Below are positions 24,955 through 39,900 of a DNA stretch of 64,000 nucleotides, piece by piece (position 1 is the stretch's first letter; the number at the start of each line of letters is the position of its first letter). The DNA is from Eledone cirrhosa (lineage: Eukaryota). Made by a program: the position numbers and the translations under genes. The stretch is from assembly GCA_964016885.1 (NCBI GenBank), contig OZ024740.1:40176001-40240000 (forward strand), given 5' to 3'. The notes below the pieces were generated by a model that saw nothing but the letters and a program-made list of their open reading frames with translations, did no database searches and was not told where the DNA came from.

Positions 24955-27900
24955 AATAATACGCAGACCATCACCATCACTAACACAATGATATATACCT
25001 AGACAATGTAGAACATTCACCAATAATACACAGACCATCACCATCACTAGCACAATGATATATACCTGGACAATGTAGAACATTCTCCAATAATACACAG
25101 ACCATCACCATCACTAGCACAATGATATATACCTAGACATGTAGAACACTCAACAATAATACACAGACCATCACCATCACGAGTACAATGATATATACCT
25201 AGACAATGTAGAACGTTCTCCAATAATACACAGACCATCACCATCACTAGCACAATGATATATACCTAGACAATGTAGAACGTTCTCCAATAATACACAG
25301 ACCATCACCATCACTAGCACAATGATATATACCTAGACAATGTAAAAGAATCACCAATAATACTCAGACCATCACCATCACGAGTACAATGATATATACC
25401 TAGACAATGTAGAACATTCTCCAATAATACACAGACCATCACCATCACTAGTACAATGATATATACCTAGACAATGTAGAACATTCTCCAATAATACACA
25501 GACCATCACCATCACTAGTAAAATGATATATACCTAGACAATGTAGAACATTCTCCAATAATACACAGACCATCACCATCACTAGTACAATGATATATAC
25601 CTAGACAATGTAGAACATTCTCCAATAATACACAGACCATCACCATCACTAGTACAATGATATATACCTAGACAATGTAGAACATTCTCCAATAATACAC
25701 AGACCATCACCATCACTAGTACAATGATATATACCTAGACAATGTAGTATACTCAACAATAATACACAGACCATCACCATCACTAGTACAATGATATATA
25801 CCTAGACAACGTAGAACATTCTCCAATAATACGCACACCATCACCATCAGTAGCACAATGATATATACCTAGACAATGTAGAACATTCTCCAATAATACA
25901 CAGACCATCACCATCACTAGTACAATGATATATACCTAGACAATGTAGAACACTCACCAATAATACACAGACCATCACCATCACTAGTACAATGATATAT
26001 ACCTAGACAATGTAGAACATTCTCCCATAATACACAGACCATCACCATCACTAGTACAATGATATATACCAAGACAATGTAGAACACTCACCAATAATAC
26101 ACAGACCATCACCATCACTAGTACAATGATATATACCTAGACAATGTAGAACACTCAACAATAATACAGACCATCACCATCACTAGTACAATGATATATA
26201 CCTAAACAATGTAGAACATTCTCCAATAATAAGCAGACCATCACCATCACTAGTACAATGATATATACCTAAACAATGTAGAACATTCTCCAATAATACA
26301 CAGACCATCACCATCACTAGCATAATGATATATAGCTAGACAATATAGAACATTCTCCAATAATACACAGACCATCACCATCACTAGCACAATGATACAT
26401 ACCTAGACAATGTAGAACACTCAACAATAATACAGAGACCATCACCATCACTAGTACAATGATATATACCTAGACAATGTAGAACACTCAACAATAATAC
26501 AGACCATCACCATCACTAGTACAATGATATATACCTAAACAATGTAGAACATTCTCCAATAATAAGCAGACCATCACCATCACTAGTACAATGATATATA
26601 CCTAAACAATGTAGAACATTCTCCAATAATACACAGACCATCACCATCACTAGCATAATGATATATACCTAAACAATGTAGAACATTCTCCAATAATACA
26701 CAGACCATCACCATCACTAGTACAATGATATATACCTAGACAATGTAGAACACTCAACAATAATACAGACCATCACCATCACTAGTACAATGATATATAC
26801 CTAAACAATGTAGAACATTCTCCAATAATACACAGACCATCACCATCACTAGCATAATGATATATACCTAAACAATGTAGAACATTCTCCAATAATACAC
26901 AGACCATCACCATCACTAGTACAATGATATATACCTAGACAATGTAGAACATTCTCCAATAATACACAGACCATCACCATCACTAGCACAATGATACATA
27001 CCTAGACAATGTAGAACACTCAACAATAATACAGAGACCATCACCATCACTAGCACAATGATATTTACCTAGACAATGTAGAACATGCTCCAATAATACA
27101 CAGACCATCACCATCACTAGTACAATGATATATACCTAGACAATGTAGAACACTCACCAATAATACACAGACCATCACCATCACTAGTACAATGATATAT
27201 ACCTAGACAATGTAGAACACTCAACAATAATACAGACCATCACCATCACTAGTACAATGATATATACCTAAACAATGTAGAACATTCTCCAATAATAAGC
27301 AGACCATCACCATCACTAGTACAATGATATATACCTAAACAATGTAGAACATTCTCCAATAATACACAGACCATCACCATCACTAGCATAATGATATATA
27401 CCTAGAAAATGTAGAACATTCTCCAATAATACACAGACCATCACCATCACTAGTACAATGATATATACCTAGACAATGTAGAACATTCTCCAATCATACA
27501 CAGACCATCACCATCACTAGCACAATGATACATACCTAGACAATGTAGAACACTCAACAATAATACAGAGACCATCACCATCACTAGCACAATGATATTT
27601 ACCTAGACAATGTAGAACATGCTCCAATAATACACAGACCATCACCATCACTAGTACAATGATATATACCTAGACAATATGGAACACTTAACAACAATAC
27701 ACAGACCATTACCATCACTAGTACAATGATATATACCTAGACAATATGGAACACTCAACAATAATACACAGACCATCACCATCACCATCACGAGTACAAT
27801 GATATATACCTAGACAATGTAGAACATTCTCCAATAATACACAGACCATCACCATCACTAGTACAATGATATATACCTAGACAATGTAGAACTCACCAAT

Positions 27901-30900
27901 AATACACAGACCATCACCATCACGAGTACAGTGATATATACCTAGACAATGTAGAACATTCTCCAATAATACACAGACCATCACCATCACTAGCACAATG
28001 ATATATACCTAGACAATGTAGAACATTCTCCAATAATACGCAGACCATCACCATCACTAGCACAATGATATATACCTAGACAATGTAGAACATTCTCCAA
28101 TAATACGCAGGCCATCACCATCACTAGCACAATGATATATACCTAAACAATGTAGAACATTCTCCAATAATACATAGACCATCACCTTCACTAGCACAAT
28201 GATATATACCTAGACAATGTAGAACATTCTCCAATAATAAACAGACCATCACCATCACTAGTACAATGATATATACCTGGACAATGTAGAACATTCTCCA
28301 ATAATACACAGACCATCACCATCACTAGCACAATGATATATACCTAGACAATGTAGAACATGCTCCAATAATACCCAGACCATCACCATCACTACCACAA
28401 TGATATATACCTAGACAATGTAAAACACTCAACAATAATACACAGACCATCACCATCACGAGTACAATGATATATACCTAGACAATGTAGAACGTTCTCC
28501 AATAATACACAGACCATCACCATCACTAGCACAATGACATATACCTATACAATGTAAAAGAATCACCAATAATACTCAGACCATCACCATCACGAGTACA
28601 ATGATATATACCTAGACAATGTAGAACATTCTCCAATAATACACAGACCATCACCATCACTAGCACAATGATACATACCTAGACAATGTAGAACATTCTC
28701 CAATAATACACAGACCATCACCATCACTAGTACAAAGATATATACATAGACGATGTAGTATACTCAACAATAATACACAGACCATCACCATCACTAATAC
28801 AATGATATATACCTAGACAATGTAGAACATTCTCCCATAATACACAGACCATCACCATCACTAGTACAATGATATATACCTAGACAATGTAGAACACTCA
28901 ACAATAATACAGACCATCACCATCACTAGTACAATGATATATACCTAAACAATGTAGAACATTCTCCAATAATAAGCAGACCATCACCATCACTAGTACA
29001 ATGATATATACCTAGACAATGTAAAAGAATCACCAATAATACTCAGACCATCACCATCACTAGTACAATGATATATACCTAGACAATGTAGAACATTCTC
29101 CAATAATACACAGACCATCACCATCACTAGCACAATGATACGTACCTAGACAATGTAGAACACTCAACAATAATACAGAGACCATCACTAGCACAATGAT
29201 ATCTACCTAGATAATGTAGAACATGCTCCAATAATACACAGACCATCACCATCACTAGTACAATGATATATACCTAAACAATGTAGAACATTCTCCAATA
29301 ATACACAGACCATCACCATCACTAGCATAATGATATATACCTAGACAATGTAGAACATTCTCCAATAATACACAGACCATCACCATCACTAGCACAATGA
29401 TATATACCTAGACAATGTAGAACATTCTCCAATAATACACAGACCATCACCATCACTAGCACAATGATACATACCTAGACAATGTAGAATACTCAACAAA
29501 AATACAGAGACCATCACCATCACTAGCACAATGATACATACCTAGACAATGTAGAACACTCAACAATAATACAGAGACCATCACCATCACTAGCACAATG
29601 ATATTTACCTAGACAATGTAGAACATGCTCCAATAATACACAGACCATCACCATCACTAGTACAATGATATATACCTAGACAATATGGAACACTCAACAA
29701 CAATACACAGACCATCACCATCACTAGTACAATGATATATACCTAGACAATATGGAACACTCAACAATAATACACAGACCATCACCATCACTAGCACAAT
29801 GATACATACCTAGACAATGTAGAACATTCTCCAATAATACACAGACCATCACCATCACTAGCACAATGATATATACCTAGACAATGTAGAACACTGTACA
29901 ATAATACACAGACCATCACCATCACGAGTACAGTGATATATACCTAGACAATGTAGAACATTCTCCAATAATACACAGACCATCACCATCACTAGCACAA
30001 TGATATATACCTAGAAAATGTAGAACATTCTCCAATAATACGCAGACCATCACCATCACTAGCACAATGATATATACCTAGACAATGTAGAACATTCTCC
30101 AATAATACACAGACCATCACCATCACTAGTACAATGATATATACCTGGACAATGTAGAACATTCTCCAATAATGCACAGACCATCACCATCACTAGCACA
30201 ATGATATATACCTAGACAATGTAGAACATGCTCCAATAATACCCAGACCATCACCATCACTAGCACAATGATATTTACCTAGACAATGTAGAACATGCTC
30301 CAATAATACACAGACCATCACCATCACTAGTACAATGATATATACCTAGACAATGTAGAACACTCACCAATAATACACAGACCATCACCATCACTAGTAC
30401 AATGATATATACCTAGACAATGTAGAACACTCAACAATAATACAGACCATCACCATCACTAGTACAATGATATATACCTAAACAATGTAGAACATTCTCC
30501 AATAATAAGCAGACCATCACCATCACTAGTACAATGATATATACCTAAACAATGTAGAACATTCTCCAATAATACACAGACCATCACCATCACTAGCATA
30601 ATGATATATACCTAGAAAATGTAGAACATTCTCCAATAATACACAGACCATCACCATCACTAGTACAATGATATATACCTAGACAATGTAGAACATTCTC
30701 CAATCATACACAGACCATCACCATCACTAGCACAATGATACATACCTAGACAATGTAGAACACTCAACAATAATACAGAGACCATCACCATCACTAGCAC
30801 AATGATATTTACCTAGACAATGTAGAACATGCTCCAATAATACACAGACCATCACCATCACTAGTACAATGATATATACCTAGACAATATGGAACACTTA

Positions 30901-33900
30901 ACAACAATACACAGACCATTACCATCACTAGTACAATGATATATACCTAGACAATATGGAACACTCAACAATAATACACAGACCATCACCATCACCATCA
31001 CGAGTACAATGATATATACCTAGACAATGTAGAACATTCTCCAATAATACACAGACCATCACCATCACTAGTACAATGATATATACCTAGACAATGTAGA
31101 ACTCACCAATAATACACAGACCATCACCATCACGAGTACAGTGATATATACCTAGACAATGTAGAACATTCTCCAATAATACACAGACCATCACCATCAC
31201 TAGCACAATGATATATACCTAGACAATGTAGAACATTCTCCAATAATACGCAGACCATCACCATCACTAGCACAATGATATATACCTAGACAATGTAGAA
31301 TATTCTCCAATAATACGCAGGCCATCACCATCACTAGCACAATGATATATACCTAAACAATGTAGAACATTCTCCAATAATACATAGACCATCACCTTCA
31401 CTAGCACAATGATATATACCTAGACAATGTAGAACATTCTCCAATAATAAACAGACCATCACCATCACTAGTACAATGATATATACCTGGACAATGTAGA
31501 ACATTCTCCAATAATACACAGACCATCACCATCACTAGCACAATGATATATACCTAGACAATGTAGAACATGCTCCAATAATACCCAGACCATCACCATC
31601 ACTACCACAATGATATATACCTAGACAATGTAAAACACTCAACAATAATACACAGACCATCACCATCACGAGTACAATGATATATACCTAGACAATGTAG
31701 AACGTTCTCCAATAATACACAGACCATCACCATCACTAGCACAATGACATATACCTATACAATGTAAAAGAATCACCAATAATACTCAGACCATCACCAT
31801 CACGAGTACAATGATATATACCTAGACAATGTAGAACATTCTCCAATAATACACAGACCATCACCATCACTAGCACAATGATACATACCTAGACAATGTA
31901 GAACATTCTCCAATAATACACAGACCATCACCATCACTAGTACAAAGATATATACATAGACGATGTAGTATACTCAACAATAATACACAGACCATCACCA
32001 TCACTAATACAATGATATATACCTAGACAATGTAGAACATTCTCCCATAATACACAGACCATCACCATCACTAGTACAATGATATATACCTAGACAATGT
32101 AGAACACTCAACAATAATACAGACCATCACCATCACTAGTACAATGATATATACCTAAACAATGTAGAACATTCTCCAATAATAAGCAGACCATCACCAT
32201 CACTAGTACAATGATATATACCTAGACAATGTAGAACACTCAACGATAATACAGACCATCACCATCACTAGTGCAATGATATATACCTAAACAATGTAGA
32301 ACATTCTCCAATAATACACAGACCATCACCATCACTAGCACAATGATATATACCTAGACAATGTAAAAGAATCACCAATAATACTCAGACCATCACCATC
32401 ACTAGTACAATGATATATACCTAGACAATGTAGAACATTCTCCAATAATACACAGACCATCACCATCACTAGCACAATGATACGTACCTAGACAATGTAG
32501 AACACTCAACAATAATACAGAGACCATCACTAGCACAATGATATCTACCTAGATAATGTAGAACATGCTCCAATAATACACAGACCATCACCATCACTAG
32601 TACAATGATATATACCTAAACAATGTAGAACATTCTCCAATAATACACAGACCATCACCATCACTAGCATAATGATATATACCTAGACAATGTAGAACAT
32701 TCTCCAATAATACACAGACCATCACCATCACTAGCACAATGATATATACCTAGACAATGTAGAACATTCTCCAATAATACACAGACCATCACCATCACTA
32801 GCACAATGATACATACCTAGACAATGTAGAATACTCAACAAAAATACAGAGACCATCACCATCACTAGCACAATGATACATACCTAGACAATGTAGAACA
32901 CTCAACAATAATACAGAGACCATCACCATCACTAGCACAATGATATTTACCTAGACAATGTAGAACATGCTCCAATAATACACAGACCATCACCATCACT
33001 AGTACAATGATATATACCTAGACAATATGGAACACTCAACAACAATACACAGACCATCACCATCACTAGTACAATGATATATACCTAGACAATATGGAAC
33101 ACTCAACAACAATACACAGACCATCACCATCACTAGTACAATGATATATACCTAGACAATATGGAACACTCAACAATAATACACAGACCATCACCATCAC
33201 TAGCACAATGATACATACCTAGACAATGTAGAAGATTCTCCAATAATACACAGACCATCACCATCACTAGCACAATGATATATACCTAGACAATGTAGAA
33301 CACTGTACAATAATACACAGACCATCACCATCACGAGTACAGTGATATATACCTAGACAATGTAGAACATTCTCCAATAATACACAGACCATCACCATCA
33401 CTAGCACAATGATATATACCTAGAAAATGTAGAACATTCTCCAATAATACGCAGACCATCACCATCACTAGCACAATGATATATACCTAGACAATGTAGA
33501 ACATTCTCCAATAATACACAGACCATCACCATCACTAGTACAATGATATATACCTGGACAATGTAGAACATTCTCCAATAATGCACAGACCATCACCATC
33601 ACTAGCACAATGATATATACCTAGACAATGTAGAACATGCTCCAATAATACCCAGACCATCACCATCACTACCACAATGATATATACCTAGACAATGTAG
33701 AACACTCAACAATAATACACAGACCATCACCATCACGAGTACAATGATATATACCTAGACAATGTAGAACGTTCTCCAATAATACACAGACCATCACCAT
33801 CACTAGCACAATGATATATACCTAGACAATGTAAAAGAATCACCAATAATACTCAGACCATCACCATCACTAGTACAATGATATATACCTAGACAATGTA

Positions 33901-36900
33901 GAACACTCACAAATAATACACAGACCATCACGAGTGCAATGATATATACCTAGACAATGTAGAACATTCTCCAATAATAAGCAGACCATCACCATCACTA
34001 GTACAATGATATATACCTGAACAATGTAGAACATTCTCCAATAATACACAGACCATCACCATCACTAGCACAATGATATATACCTAGACAATGTAAAAGA
34101 ATCACCAATAATACTCAGACCATCACCATCACTAGTACAATGATATATACCTAGACAATGTAGAACATTCTCCAAAAATACACAGACCATCACCATCACT
34201 AGCACAATGATATATACCTAGACAATGTAGAACACTCAACAATAATACACAGACCATCACCATCACGAGTGCAATGATATATACGTAGACAATGTAGAGC
34301 ATTCTCCAATAATAAGCAGACCATCACTAGTACAATGATATATACCTGAACAATGTAGAACATTCTCCAATAATACACAGACCATCACCATCACTAGCAC
34401 AATGATATATACCGAGACAATTTAGAACATTCTCCAATAATACACAGACCATCACCATCACTAGCGCAATGATATATACCTAGACAATGTAGAACATTCT
34501 CCAATAATACACAGACCATCACCATCACTAGCACAATGATATATACCTAGACAATGTAGAACATTCTCCAATAATACACAGACCATCACCATCGCTAGCA
34601 CAATGATATATACCAAGACAATTTAGAACATTCTCCAATAATACACAGACCATCACCATCACTAGCACAATGATATATACCTAGACAATGTAGAACATTC
34701 TCCAATAATACACAGACCATCACCATCACTAGCACAATGATATATAGCTAGACAATGTAGAACACTCACCAATAATACACAGACCATCACCATCACTAGC
34801 ACAATGATATATACCTACACAATGTAGAACATTCTCCAATAATACACAGACCATCAACATCACTAGTACAATGATATATACCTAGACAATGTAGAACACT
34901 CACCAATAATACACAGACCATCACCATCACTAGTACAATGATATATACCTAGACAATGTAGAACACTCACCAATAATACACAGACCATCACCATCACTAG
35001 CACAATGATATATACCTAGAGAATGTAGAACACTCAACAATAATACACAGACCATCACCATCACTAGCACAATGATATATACCTAAACAATGTACATCAT
35101 TCTCCAATAATACACAGACCATCACCATCACTAGCACAATGATAAATACCTAGACAATGTAGAACATTCTCCAATAATACACAGACCATCACCATCACTA
35201 GTACAATGATATATACCTAGACAATGTAGAACATTCTCCAAAAATACGCAGACCATCACCATCACTAGCACAATGATATATACCTAGACAATGTAGAACA
35301 TTCTCCAATAATACACAAACCATCACCATCACTAGCACAATGATATATACCTAGACAATGTAAAACACTCACCAATAATACTCAGACCATCACCATCACT
35401 ACCACAATGATATATACCTAGACAATGTAGAACACTCAACAATAATACACAGACCATCACCATCACTAGCACAATGATATATACCTAGACAATGTAGAAC
35501 ATTCACCAATAATACACAGACCATCACCATCACTAGTAGAATATATACCTAGACAATGTACATCATTCTCCAATAATACACAGACCATCACCATCACTAG
35601 TACAATGATATATACCTAGACAATGTAGAACATTCACCAATAATACAAAGACCATCACCATCACTAGTAGAATGATATATACCTAGACAATGTACATCAT
35701 TCTCCAATAATACACAGACCATCACCATCACTAGTACAATATATACCTAGACAATGTAGAACATTCTCCAATACACAGACCATCACCATCACTAGCACAA
35801 TGATATATACCTAGACAATGTAGAACATTCTCCAATCATACACAGACCATCACCATCACTAGTACAATATATACCTAGACAATGTAAAACATTCTCCAAT
35901 AATACACAGACCATCACCATCACTAGCACAATGATATATAGCTAGACAATGTAGAACACTCACCAATAATACACAGACCATCACCATCACTAGCACAATG
36001 ATATATACCTACACAATGTAGAACATTCTCCAATAATACACAGACCATCACCATCACTAGTACAATGATATATACCTAGACAATGTAGAACACTCACCAA
36101 TAATACACAGACCATCACCATCACTAGTACAATGATATATACCTAGACAATGTAGAACACTCACCAATAATACACAGACCATCACCATCACTAGCACAAT
36201 GATATATACCTAAACAATGTACATCATTCTCCAATAATACACAGACCATCACCATCACTAGCACAATGATAAATACCTAGACAATGTAGAACATTCTCCA
36301 ATAATACACAGACCATCACCATCACTAGTACAATGATATATACCTAGACAATGTAGAACATTCTCCAAAAATACGCAGACCATCACCATCACTAGCACAA
36401 TGATATATACCTAGACAATGTAGAACATTCTCCAATAATACACAGACCATCACCATCACTAGCACAATGTAGAACATTCTCCAATAATACACAGACCATC
36501 ACCATCACTAGCACAATGATATATACCTATACAATGTAGAACATTCTCCAATAATACACAGACCATCACCATCACTAGTACAATGATATATACCTAGACA
36601 ATGTAAAACATTCTCCAATAATACACAGACCATCACCATCACTAGAAGAATGATATATACCTAGACAATGCAGAACATTCTCCAATAATACACAGACCAT
36701 CACCATCACTAGCACAGTGATATATACCTAGACAATGTAGAAACTTCTCCAAAAATACGCAGACCATCACCATCACTAGCACTGTGATATATACCTAGGC
36801 AATGTAGAACACTCAACAATAATACACAGACCATCACCATCGCTAGTACAATGATATATACCTAGACATGTAGAATATTCTCCAATAATACACAGACCAT

Positions 36901-39900
36901 CACCATCACTAGCACAATGATATATACCTAGACAATGTAGAACACTCACCAATAATACACAGACCATCACCATCACTAGTACAATGATATATACCTAGAC
37001 AATGTAGAACATTCTCCAATAATACGCAGACCATCACCATCACTAGTACAATGATATATACCTAGACAATGTAGAACATTCTCCAATAATACACAGACCA
37101 TCACCATCACTAGTACAATGATATATACCTAGACAATGTAGAACATTCTCCAATAATACACAGACCATCACCATCACTAGTACAATGATATATACCTAGA
37201 CAATGTAGAACACTCACCAATAATACACAGACCATCACCATCACTAGTACAATGATATATACCTAGACAATGTAGAACATTCTCCAATAATACGCAGACC
37301 ATCACCATCACTAGTACAATGATATATACCTAGACAATGTAGAACATTCTACAATAATACACAGACCATCACCATCACTAGCACAATGATATATACCTAG
37401 ACAATGTAGAACATTCTACAATAATACACAGACCATCACCATCACTAGCACAATGATATATACCTAGACAATGTACATCATTCTCCAATAATACACAGAC
37501 CATCACCATCACTAGCACAATGATATATACCTAGACAATGTAGAACATTCTCCAATAATACACAGACCATCACCATCACTAGCACAATGATATATACCTA
37601 GACAATGTAGAACACTCACCAATAATACACAGACCATCACCATCACTAGTACAATGATATATACCTAGACAATGTAGAACATTCTCCAATAATACGCAGA
37701 CCATCACCATCACTAGTACAATGATATATACCTAGACAATGTAGAACATTCTCCAATAATACACAGACCATCACCATCACTAGTACAATGATATATACCT
37801 AGACAATGTAGAACATTCTCCAATAATACACAGACCATCACCATCACTAGTACAATGATATATACCTAGACAATGTAGAACATTCTCCAATAATACACAG
37901 ACCATCACCATCACTAGTACAATGATATATACCTAGACAATGTAGAACACTCACCAATAATACACAGACCATCACCATCACTAGTACAATGATATATACC
38001 TAGACAATGTAGAACGTTCTCCAATAATACGCAGACCATCACCATCACTAGTACAATGATATATACCTAGACAATGTAGAACATTCTACAATAATACACA
38101 GACCATCACCATCACTAGCACAATGATATATACCTAGACAATGTAGAACATTCTACAATAATACACAGACCATCACCATCACTAGCACAATGATATATAC
38201 CTAGACAATGTAGAACATTCTACAATAATACACAGACCATCACCATCACTAGCACAATGATATATACCTAGACAATGTAGAACATTCTCCAATAATACAC
38301 AGACCATCACCAGTACAATGATATATACCTAGACAATGTAGAACATTCTCCAATAACACGCAGACCATCACCATCACTAGTACAATGATATATACCTAGA
38401 CAATGTAGAACATTCTCCAATAATACGCAGACCATCACCATCACTAGTACAATGATATATACCTACACAATGTAGAACATTCTCCAATAATACACAGACC
38501 ATCACCATCACTAGTACAATGATATATACCTAGACAATGTAGAACACTCACCAATAATACACAGACCATCACCATCACTAGTACAATGATATATACCTAG
38601 ACAATGTAGAACACTCACCAATAATACACAGACCATCACCATCACTAGCACAATGATATATACCTAGAGAATGTAGAACACTCAACAATAATACACAGAC
38701 CATCACCATCACTAGCACAATGATATATACCTAAACAATGTACATCATTCTCCAATAATACACAGACCATCACCATCACTAGCACAATGATATATACCTA
38801 GACAATGTAGAACATTCTCCAATAATACACAGACCATCACCATCACAATTATATATACCTAGACAATGTAGAACATTCTCCAAAAATACGCAGACCATCA
38901 CCATCACTAGCACAATGATATATACCTAGACAATGTAGAACATTCTCCAATAATACACAGACCATCAACATCACTAGCACAATGTAGAACATTCTCCAAT
39001 AATACACAGACCATCACCATCACTAGCACAATGATATATACCTATACAATGTAGAACATTCTCCAATAATACACAGACCATCACCATCACTAGTACAATG
39101 ATATATACCTAGACAATGTAAAACATTCTCCAATAATACACAGACCATCACCATCACTAGAAGAATGATATATACCTAGACAATGCAGAACATTCTCCAA
39201 TAATACACAGACCATCACCATCACTAGCACAGTGATATATACCTAGACAATGTAGAAACTTCTCCAAAAATACACAGACCATCACCATCACTAGCACAGT
39301 GATATATACCTAGAAAATGTAGAACACTCAACAATAATACACAGACCATCACCATCGCTAGTACAATGATATATACCTAGACATGTAGAATATTCTCCAA
39401 TAATACACAGACCATCACCATCACTAGTACAATGATATATACCTAGACAATGTACATCATTCTCCAATAATATACAGACCATCACCATCACTAGCACAAT
39501 GATATATACCTAGACAATGTAGAACATTCTCCAATAATACACAGACCATCACCATCACTAGCACAATGATATACACCTAGACAATGTAGAACACTCACCA
39601 ATAATACACAGACCATCACCATCACTAGCACAATGATATATACCTAGACAATGTAGAACATTCTCCAATAATACACAGACCATCACCATCACTAGCACAA
39701 TGATATATACCTAGACAATGTAGAACACTCACCAATAATACACAGACCATCACCATCACTAGTACAATGATATATACCTAGACAATGTAGAACATTCTCC
39801 AATAATACGCAGACCATCACCATCACTAGTACAATGATATATACCTAGACAATGTAGAACATTCTCCAATAATACACAGACCATCACCATCACTAGTACA

